Shown piece after piece: positions 53,729-64,000 of a stretch of 64,000 nucleotides of DNA. Every line of letters starts with the position of its first letter. The stretch's first letter is position 1. Origin of the DNA: Octopus vulgaris (taxonomy: Eukaryota). The notes beneath the pieces are model-generated. The model saw only the letters and a list, made by a program, of their open reading frames with translations, was not told where the DNA came from and made no database searches. Position numbers and translations under genes: made by a program. The stretch spans positions 17,980,001 to 18,044,000 of the forward strand of contig OX597824.1 of NCBI GenBank assembly GCA_951406725.2, in the 5' to 3' direction.

Positions 53729-53756
53729 AATATCTATCTATCTATATATCTACCTA

Positions 53757-53833
<77 letters not shown>

Positions 53834-54175
53834 GTACATAACTCTGGGTATAAGTATTCATAAATTATGCATAAATGAACGGGCTCGTCTATAATTGTAC
53901 GTATTATATTTACGCGTAAATAAATATTTAATATTGTTATTTGCATTTGTGTGTGTGTGTGTGTGTGTGTCTGTGAGTGTGTATGTATGAGAGAGACAGT
54001 GACAGAGACAGACAGAGTATAGGTATGCATTCAATATACATTCCTAAATGTCTCGGGATTATGAGATACAAGAATCTATGCTTCGAGCAATTATCTGCCT
54101 GTAAGTTATTATTGAAAATTTAATATCATGATATATTAAATATAACTATAAACGTAGTTAAATTTGAAATATCTA

Positions 54176-54266
<91 letters not shown>

Positions 54267-54648
54267 CCTCTTCTTGGGCTAAATGGCAGTAACGTTTGTC
54301 CTAATCAGGACTGCTACATTCTGTTTGCAAATAATCTTTACTATATGTTTATATTTATATATACATGTATTGTTTTTGATGGCTTCAGTGGATGGATGGA
54401 TTGCGGGGTCGCGGGTGCACGGGCTCATTTTTAATATTGTTTAATTATTTATTTCTTTATTACCATTATTTGCTGTTTTGTAAAGCTGGCATGGCTACAA
54501 CTCAGTCTATAACAGAATTAACAACTGGTACAGATATATGTGCATATACATGCATACATACACACATGCATTCACGCGAAGACACACGTGCACACCCATG
54601 TATATATATATTCGTGCACACGTGTATATATATATATATATATATATA

Positions 54649-55480
54649 TAAGAGATAATGGTGTCGTTGGGACCCATAGGTGCCAGGTAATGCTGAATAA
54701 GTGTTATAGACAGACTATAGTTAAGTTCCTGACTCGGTAATATTGCGAATAAAGGGTTCAACGTTGGTTCTATGTCAGCGTGTATATATAAGAATTTTTT
54801 GCGTAATAAGGTAGAAAACCAAGGCTGTATAGATATTAGAGCATTTATAGATAGAAGGTCTTACAGCTGTTTCTAGGGTATTAATTAATAATATCCCTTC
54901 ATCGGAGACGGTGTGAGAGGAAAATTAAGTCATAGTTTAGACGTGATTCAAAATAGACAGTGAGGTGGAGGAAAGAAAATAGATGCAAGGTATGTATGGG
55001 CATTGAATTTGTAAACCCGTTTTATAGGCATAATGTTATATATGCAATATTCCAATATCCTTTGAGTAAAATCCAAAAGTTCAACAGAGTTTAATATGAG
55101 TCCTTCCAAATATAGAGTTTATAAGCAAGATAAGATTCCTTATGAGTGAGATCCCGCAGGTTTTTAAACTTGGTCATTCTCAGTAGGGAATTTATATATT
55201 GTTGTAGAGAATAATTAGAATTCCTGGGTATAACAATTTGGAAGAGACAATCTTAAATAGATCGACGAATGCACTTTGTCAGTTAATGCATGCATTGTGT
55301 AGAGGGATGTATAATGTTATAGATAAATTCGTAGCAGTTGTTCTACGAAGTAATTTTGACAAAGGGGTATAATTTTCTAAATAATTCTGGGAAAAGTTGA
55401 AATAATTTATGGCATTTGTGGAAGGAAGAGAATGTTTGTTGTTGTTGCTGTTACGATATATAAATTCCTAGGCGTGTATA
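54649..55480 (-). mobile_element. Penelope-like element fragment H5 with near-complete type I hammerhead (54858-54909)
   Basis: Minus: GUCU-CCGAUGA-AGGG(A)UAUU-loop-AAUACCCU-A-GAAAC-AGCU-GUA|AGAC. Homologous to 45985-46400; the right boundary is approximate. Confidence 0.7.
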
Positions 55481-55644
55481 TGTAAATTGTGACGACTACG
55501 TTTTGCACAGATTAAACAAATGACTTCAGTATGTTTAATTGGACATAACTCGCAAGAAGTACTCCTGGATCCCCAGGACTTTTCAGTCTAGAGACGCTCC
55601 TAACATTATCACTTCCTTATCCATCTTCATTCTTCCTCCCAGAA

Positions 55645-55821
55645 AGAAATATAAAATTTTAAACGCCGTAGAGATCGATGACATGAATAGACAACACGAC
55701 AGGTCTTCATTATTGGGATTGATTCTAGAAATTCAAACTTTATTCCTCGTAACAACGATTGTATCAAGAAAACATGATTCAGAATCATCATGAATATAAA
55801 CGATTTTGTTACATTGGTGAG
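55645..55821 (+). mobile_element. CR1-like LINE remnant, related copy of 61093-61271
   Basis: Collinear match (gagatcgatga...cgacaggtctt.attattgggat...agaatcatcatgaatataaa...gttacattggtgag). Confidence 0.7.
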
Positions 55822-56212
55822 CTGGCAGAATCGTTAGCACGCCTGGCAAAATGCTCAGGAGTATTTCGTCCGTCGTTAGGTTCTGAGTTCAAATTTCGCC
55901 GAGGTCGACTTTGCCTTTCATCCTTTCGGGGGCGATTAAATAAGTACCAGTTACGCACTGGGGTCGATATAATCGACTTAATCCATTTGTCTGTCCTTGT
56001 TTGTCTTCTCTGTGTTTAGCCCCTTGTGGGTAGTAAAGAAATAGGTATTTCGTCTGCCGCTACGTCCTGAGTTCAAATTTCGCAGAGGTCGACTTTCCTT
56101 TTCATCCTTTCGGGGGTCAATAAATTAAGTACCAGTTATGCACTGGGGTTGATGTAATCGACTAGCCCCGTCCATCAAAATTTCAAGACTTGTATCTATA
56201 ACAGAAAGGATT
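55816..56212 (+). mobile_element. SINE S2 dimer
   Basis: Head, then a unit with the internal tail, then a unit with the terminal tail. Confidence 0.9.
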
Positions 56213-56476
56213 ATATTTTACCCATGATCATCCCGTTAGGTGGTATTCGCAGGAGGGAGCCCATCAGAATTCTAATTCCTCTCTAAATAGGATATCTACA
56301 GATACATACGCACACAAAGACTCTTTATTTCTCTGTCTCTCTCCCACACACACAAACACAACTCCATACACACGTATATGGATAGGCGTGTATATGTGTG
56401 TGCGTGCGTGAGTTGTGTGTGTGTGTATCTATAGAGAATTATAGAAAACTTGAAAAATAAATCATACAAGAGCATT

Positions 56477-56549
<73 letters not shown>

Positions 56550-57748
56550 AAATAAGCAAGAAGTGATGCAGCACGACCGTTTCAAGCGGCTCCATTTAAT
56601 TGAACGATGCAATCATTACACCAGTTTCAATGCAGGGCTATTAACAGCTGCACAAATGAATAAATACAATTTTAATCAGTCGGTCACATTAATGTAATTA
56701 TACTCAAATACATTAACAGAGCTCGAAGATGGAAGAAATCCACGTTGTCGCTACGGTAGCTAAGAATACACTACACTTCGAAGAAATGCATGAAGCTTAC
56801 TGGTGTCATAGCTTGTAAAGGTTTGTGGTTCATTTTTAATTTATTAGTCGTTTATCAACTACCAAATCTAAAACTAGTGTACTGTGTCTGTTTAGAACGA
56901 AGGGCAAGAGTGTGTTGACAGCTCATGGTTAGGTATGATCATAAATATTGTCAAGACCTTAGGAGTAGTAAATTGGGTGTATAGTATCTGTTTATTAAGG
57001 AGCCTGGATAGGGGAAGACCCCAACTCATGATTTAATTATCAGCTAAAGGGGCAAGACGCTATATATATATATGTATTTGGATACATGGGTGTATATAGT
57101 TTTTTACTATTATTATCAATGTTATTAAATTAATAAGAAGGGAAACATATAATTTTCCAAGTGTCAGTATTTTACCCCGGCTATTGAATAGGAACTAATC
57201 AAAACTAAATTAATTTCTTAATTATTTTGTGTTCAACGAAGATGGAGACCCAACAGGATTTACGCTGTAAAATATTTATTCCCCAACGAATAACGCCATA
57301 CACTTAATATCTGGTTAATGATTTTCCCATGAGTTTTTGAATCGTATTCGCTTGAAGAAAAAGAGGGTTTTTGAATGTGAAAAGAAGTATCAAACGTAGC
57401 TTCAGAGACACACACACACATACGCGTATACACGTACACTGGCGCATACACAAACGCACAAGCACACACACACACACACACAGAATCATATACCCACACA
57501 TATTCATGTGTGTGGGTGTGCGTGTGTTTATAAAAAGGATATTATATAAAATAATTTTCTGTCTGACATATCTCTAATAAGGAACTGCTTACAAGTATAT
57601 ACAACATAAATCGTTGTAATTGTTATTAGCAAATGAAACACGTGGAATGGAGAATAAATAATACCAAAAAATTTTCCATATTCCTGTGTTATGTTTATAT
57701 ATATATATATATATGTGTGTGTATTTGAGTGTGCATCTATGTAGATAA

Positions 57749-57780
<32 letters not shown>

Positions 57781-58683
57781 ATATATTAAACTATGGTTGC
57801 AGAACAAACAAACACAAGGTCACCCAAGTAACATTTCATATCTCGAACATTTAATCGCATAATGCTTTTTCTTTCACATAGAATATGCATGTATAACATC
57901 ACGGAAGATGAAACACAACTCATCAGTACAAGCATATAAGAAAATACAAGAAAAATGTGTGAATACAGTTCATCGCGGTTAAAAGTTAACGATTAATACT
58001 TCAGCGATTAAGAAATATATATATTTTAAAAATATTACAACACCTAGAATAATAAATACATAAAAATATAAAGAAATATATAAATATATAGATATATAAA
58101 AAAAATATAAAAATACATATATATAGGAAGCATATAAATAAGTAATATATAATATATAAGGTTTGGTTAAGGAGGTCTCGCCCTGGTACGTGATGTCTGT
58201 TTCTTTATTTTTCCCCCTAATGAAGGAGTAGTCATTGTGATGCCCCCTCGTGCATTAAATACAGTGATGTACCCCTGAAATGGCCATTGGGAATGTAAAT
58301 ATGGTTTCTTCTTTTTTGCTTGGACACTGGCTTTTATCTATAGGTTTCCCTTATCTGAAAAGTAATTTTTAATCTAAAAAAATTTCTAAAACGATGAACT
58401 TTTATCTTACATTATATATTATATATTACTTATTTATATGATTCCTATATATATATGTATTTTTATATTGTTTTATATATCTATATATTTGTATATTTCT
58501 TTATATTTTTATGTATTTATTATTCTAGGTGCTTGTACTGATGAGTTGTGTTTCATCTTCCGTGATGTTATACATGTATATTCTATGTGAAAGAAAAAGC
58601 ATTATGTGATTAAATGTTCGAGATATGAAATGTTACGTCGATGACATTGTATTTATTTGTTCTGCAACCATAGTTTAATATAT
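57781..58683 (+). mobile_element. Penelope-like inverted structure H6: about 270-bp inverted arms around a spacer holding a hammerhead-like motif
   Basis: Arms 57781-58159 (with about 107 bp extra) and 58412-58683; spacer motif ttcccc-CTAATGA-AGG...CCT-GAAA-TGGCCA-TT-gggaa at 58211-58293. Confidence 0.7.
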
Positions 58684-58761
58684 TTGTCTCATTTAATTGA
58701 GCGCTTCTATAGCAGTCCTATTAAACATTTTGTTCCTGATAAGAAACAATCACTTTATTAT

Positions 58762-58804
<43 letters not shown>

Positions 58805-58853
58805 AATATATATACACACAAACATACATATAAACATATATATGTATATATGT

Positions 58854-59132
58854 GGAGGCGCAATGGCCCAGTGGCTAGGGCAGCGGACTCGCGGTCGGAG
58901 GATCGCGGTTTCGATTCCCAGACCGGGAGTTGTTTGTTTATTGAGCGAAAACACCTAAATGCTCCAAGAGGCTCTGGCAGGGTGTGCTGGCGACCCCTGT
59001 TGTACTCTTTCGCCACAACTTTCTCTCACTCTCTCTTCCTGCTTCTCGATGCGATGGACTGGCGTCCCGTCCAGCTAGGGGAGGGATACATACGCCACAG
59101 GAACCGGGAAACTGGCTAGGCTTGAGAAGGGT
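58854..59132 (+). mobile_element. SINE, head type R + tail type V
   Basis: tggcccagtggctagggcagcggactcgcggtcgg...ttcgattccc; tail gcgatggactggcgtcccgtccag...ggaaccgggaaactgg. Confidence 0.85.
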
Positions 59133-59221
59133 GAATAAAAATATAAATATATGTATATACATATACATAAATATATATAGTGGGAGGGAGAGATTAATAG
59201 ATAGATAGACAGATAGATATG

Positions 59222-59265
<44 letters not shown>

Positions 59266-59271
59266 TGTAGG

Positions 59272-59355
<84 letters not shown>

Positions 59356-59608
59356 CACGTAGATATTTGTCGAGTGAGACACATACACAAAGTCATTGAC
59401 AGCGGCAAATATAAATACATATGGATATATCTGAGCACGCATATCATATATATAATCATATATACATATACATACGTGTGTATGTATGTATGTATGTATG
59501 TGTTTGTGTTTCAGATTCTGTGCGTTTCTGTGTGCTTTTGTATGTACACATAGCTAGCTCCATGATGCAAGAAAAAGCAGAAAACCGGGATGGCTAATGT
59601 ACTTGGAG

Positions 59609-59670
<62 letters not shown>

Positions 59671-59750
59671 ATATATATATATATATACATACATACATAT
59701 ACATATACATATACACATATACATACAAACACATACACATATATATATAT

Positions 59751-59930
59751 AGTTAGAATTTATGAGAAAAAACAGAAGGCAAAGACGGCTGTGTAAACAA
59801 CAAACAGATGCATTAGTTTAACGCTCGGAAAGTGGAAAAGTCTTTCACATTTCGAGCCTATGCTCTTCAACAGAAAGGAACAAAAATAAACAGAGAGAGA
59901 AAATAAGAAAGGTCTAGTGGCTAGCGATCA
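59751..59930 (-). mobile_element. Hammerhead-motif repeat family H2, stand-alone copy between (TA)n tracts
   Basis: Minus: cuuu-CUGUUGA-A-GAGC-auag-GCUC-GAAA-ugug-aaag. Confidence 0.68.
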
Positions 59931-60261
59931 ATATATATATAATAAATGAGAGGGACGGAAGGTAGCAGATACAAGAATCTTTATTGATCACAACAGATTT
60001 ATCTATATTTCAAAATATGCTATATGAAGATTTGTCACTAACAGTATCTGTTGTGGCGTTGTTTCAAAAGGCTTTTGCTTTTTATAGAACGTAGCTTAAA
60101 TGGCCATCAGTTAATGTACAGCTTGACTTGTTGAGGATGGTTACGTCATGAGGACTTTGGGATTTCTTACGATCCCCTATATATATATATATTTGTTATA
60201 TGTGTGTGTATATATATATATGTGTGTGTGTGAGTGTGTGTGTTTTCATCTATACATTCTT

Positions 60262-60415
60262 TTATTCTTTTATTTGTTTCAGTCATTTGACTGTAGCCAT
60301 GCTGGAGAACTGCCTTTAGTCAAACAAATCGACCCCGGACTTATTCTTTGTAAGCCTGTTACTTATTCAATCGGTCTCTTTTCCCGAACCGATAAATTAC
60401 GGGGACCTAAACACA
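60262..60415 (-). mobile_element. SINE S1 tail fragment
   Basis: ttgtttcagtcatttgactgtagccatgctggag...aaatcgaccccggacttattctttgtaagcc. Confidence 0.8.
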
Positions 60416-60863
60416 GCATGTATGTCTATATTTATATATAAATTAATATGTTCTCAAACCGGCGTAAACTACTGCTGTGAATTACTCATGCAGCATTTAT
60501 TTTCGGGAATTTGGCGCGCTAGAACGAGGGAATTCGAATGTAACTGTGAATATAATAGGGCGAACTCTTCGTGTCTCTGACCTCGTGTTAATATATAGCG
60601 TGCAGTTCGACAAATTATATTTTATGATGTACTCCACCGATGATCTGAGAAAAATTATGTAAGTAAAATTGCATAATTTATTAACAGTGAAACAATTGTA
60701 TGGGGTTAATCTATATTTTTGTTATTTTTCATTTGTCCTGCTCGCTTACGATCTTAGCGTGCTAAATTTTTCTCGAGAACAATTCTTAGTGGTTCAGTCC
60801 CTTGCGGATCTATATCTAGCGTAAGAGCGTCCACATAGTGGATTCTCTCTCATATTTGTATAT

Positions 60864-60896
<33 letters not shown>

Positions 60897-61049
60897 TAAA
60901 AAAGGAATATGGAAATGTTGATGTATTATTTATCCTCCATTACACGTCTTTCATTTTCTAAGAATTACAACGATTTATATGGTGTATATATATATGTAAG
61001 CAATTCCCTACGAGAGACCTGCCAGACAGAGGAAAGTGTTTTATATAAT

Positions 61050-61271
61050 ACCCTTGAAAACTGTTGTCCGCTGTGGTCCCTTTACATGGAACGAAATATA
61101 AAAGTTGAAACACCCTAGAGATCGATGAGAATGAAAATAGTCAACGCGACAGGTCTTGATTATTGGGATCGATTTGAGAAATACAAACATTATTTCATCC
61201 AACGACGATTGTTGCAACAAAACGTGATTTAGAATCATCATGAATATAAATGAGTTTGTTACATTGGTGAG
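61050..61271 (+). mobile_element. CR1/L2-like LINE reverse-transcriptase C-terminal remnant
   Basis: LENCCPLWSLYMERNIKVETP*RSMRMKIVNATGLDYWDRFEKYKHYFIQRR resembles the LEYC.P.WSP...QR..T..I....L.YW.RL..L.L.SL.RRR motif. Confidence 0.7.
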
Positions 61272-62099
61272 TAACAGTCGTGTGAGAGTTTCACGTTAAA
61301 GCTTTCCTCCAGTCATAGTAAGAAAATGGCTATGAAATCTGAAAGTCGATCCCGAGTCTAAGACTGTTTTAACATGTCGGTTGAATCCAGTCGCTGTGTA
61401 AGTATCTATTACCATATTTAGTCAAGACCTAATGACGTTTTGTTATACATATACTGTTCTAGTGAATGATTCAATCTTCCTTAAGTAAATCTGGTCAAAA
61501 GAGACGAAAAAGCAATGTTACTTTTAAACTTTTTGGAGTGCGTATCTCTTACGAATAACTACATTTGAAAATTGCCGAAAAATCTCAAGTGAATAAAAAA
61601 TAATTATTTACTTCCTAAAGTTTCAAAATATCTTATGGTGATCGCTATACAGAACAAATATAAATAAAGAAGGAGAGGGTGGCAGATGAAGAAAGGCAAA
61701 CTGAAGAAAATGAGATGGGTGTGTGGGAGTGAATGTCCGTGTGTGTATGTGTGCACATGAGCATGTGTTCCATTAAAGAAATCAACAAACAGCCCACAGA
61801 CACACACAGACACACACACACACACAGACACACACACACACACACAAATGTACACATGAGAAAAGATAAAGGGAACCGAAATTAAGGTAATTGAAATTTG
61901 GAGGGATCTTTATGCAGCGTTGGATATCGTTCATAATATATGGCAAATCGTATATAATGGATGTCTTTATAGCCTGTTCTATTGCGGTTTATACCTTTTA
62001 ATAAAGGAATTTTCTTTATTCGTGTTTCGTCTACGGTATCGCAGTCGCTTTTATATAGTGGGCAGGCACTATGATATAAGAACTATGATATAAAGTATA

Positions 62100-62478
62100 G
62101 GAGCACTCCGTCGGTTACGACGATGAGGGTCCCAGCTGATACGATCAACGGAACAGCTTGCTCGTGATATTAACGTGCAACTGGCTGAGCACTCCACAGA
62201 CCCTTAACGTGTACCCTTAACGTAGTTCTCGAGGAGATTCAGCGTGACACACAGAATGTGACAAGGCTGGCCCTTTGAAATACAGGTAAAAGAGAAACAG
62301 GAAGAAAGAGCGAGAGAAAGTTGTGGTGAAAGAGTACAGCAGGGTTCACCACCATCCCCTGCCGGAGCCTCGTGCAGCTTTAGGTATTTTCGCTCAATAA
62401 ACACTCACAATGCCCGGTCTGGGAATCGAAAACTCGATCCTCCGACCGCGAGTCTGCTGCCCTAACCACTGGGCCATG
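62100..62478 (-). mobile_element. SINE, head type R + tail type T2
   Basis: Minus: atggcccagtggttagggcagcagactcgcggtcgg...caccacaactttctctc, then gtatttcaaagggccagccttgtc...cgtaaccgacggagtgctcc. Confidence 0.87.
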
Positions 62479-63030
62479 AAAATATTTGAATGTGAAAATT
62501 AATGCTTATTTCACATTAATAAAGCCGTCTCCTCAGAAAGATTATGACAAAAATGCAACAGGACTTTCTGTCCAAACTAGCATATGATGTGATTTGCGAG
62601 TTATTTGACTGATGCAGAATACAGAGAGAGCGAGAGCGACTGGGTATACGGTTACTCCCTGTGGATATTTTAGTTTTATTTACCAACTATGAACTCCTGA
62701 ATTATAAGAAATATTCAGGCACCACAATTTCAACTCAGAAAGATTTACGAACTAGAACGAAAACAGAAAGTCTCTCTTTGCATGGCTTTTCTTCTACTAA
62801 GTTCAGATTCCATCTATGAAGGATTTGATTAACATCAGTCTGGGTTTGATGAAAGCAACAATGTGCTCGAAAATTTTGTTCGCCTATTGAAAATATTTAC
62901 TATTTTTCAGAACCAAAACGGAATGTGAAACAGATAAAGAAAATCGCAGTTGACGAACAAAATAGACTTCAACCGAAATTATGAGGAGTGAATCGTAAAC
63001 AGAACAGAGGTTTATATTTGAAGTAATAGT

Positions 63031-63150
<120 letters not shown>

Positions 63151-63439
63151 GTATATATATATAGTAGATTTATCGGTATATATATATATATACATATATA
63201 TATATACAAATATATATATAAATGTATATATATGAAATCACCTATATATATATGTATAGAACCGAGTTCACATATAATATATATATGTATATATATATAT
63301 GTACATATATATATACACGACGAAAATTATATAATAGTATATATATATATATATATATATATATACTATACTTATGATACTTACTTTGATAGGTTTCGGC
63401 CATTATTGGCCCAGGCCATGTCTAACCCTTAATAGCACC

Positions 63440-63515
<76 letters not shown>

Positions 63516-64000
63516 TACTTTAATGCTCACTTTCATTTAGATAGCAAGAATTATATTTTTCGTCAGCACACAACGACAGAACATTTAATTTTTCTGTTTA
63601 ACCAATTTCAATTTATTTACATACATCCTAAATACTCTATTTAAATGAAACAATCGCCATGACAACATAGAATTATACATTTCCCTACAAAAAAAAGTAA
63701 TAATTGTAACGATTGTCAGTTGATAAAATCGACCTATATTTATGATTTAAGAAAATGAAATATCATGAAACAAATTACTATTTTTCTTATCACAATGTAC
63801 GATAATATTACAAATTAAAAAAAACACACACAGACAAAAAAAAACCCAACGAAACACGACATTCTGATTGTTTACAATTGGCACAAGTTAAAATGTAAAT
63901 AAAAAAAACAATCTATTGTTTCAGTCGTTTGCTAGAACTCAATTCGTCCAGACATGAATATACGTTTTCATTATTTCACAATTATATTTTTGTATATGTG

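Noticed and set aside
63385-63430. Hammerhead fragment ggcc-aataat-ggcc-gaaac on the minus strand
   Set aside because: CUGANGA core absent; too incomplete to call.

Overview
AT-rich eukaryotic DNA saturated with repeats. It is most likely a coleoid cephalopod (Octopus-like); this is inferred from the SINE repertoire and the (TA)n/(CA)n/(GATA)n density, not proven. No host protein-coding gene, tRNA, rRNA or CRISPR array can be supported, and almost all listed ORFs are translations of microsatellites. Recognisable content: (1) several tRNA-derived SINE families, some as tandem multimers inside a single target-site duplication and some with shuffled head/tail modules; (2) two complementary deletion derivatives of one mariner, one keeping an open 108-aa DNA-binding-domain ORF; (3) a decayed DD37D/maT transposon; (4) a non-autonomous Helitron; (5) CR1-like and RLE-type LINE 3' remnants; (6) a 2.1-kb 21/20-bp minisatellite. 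The most notable signal is at least five short repeat families carrying minimal hammerhead-ribozyme cores. Most sit in or next to (TA)n tracts and several form tandem or inverted pairs typical of Penelope-like elements or retrozymes. One tandem pair predicts a 283-nt cleavage-to-cleavage RNA. Several near-perfect long hairpins are also present.
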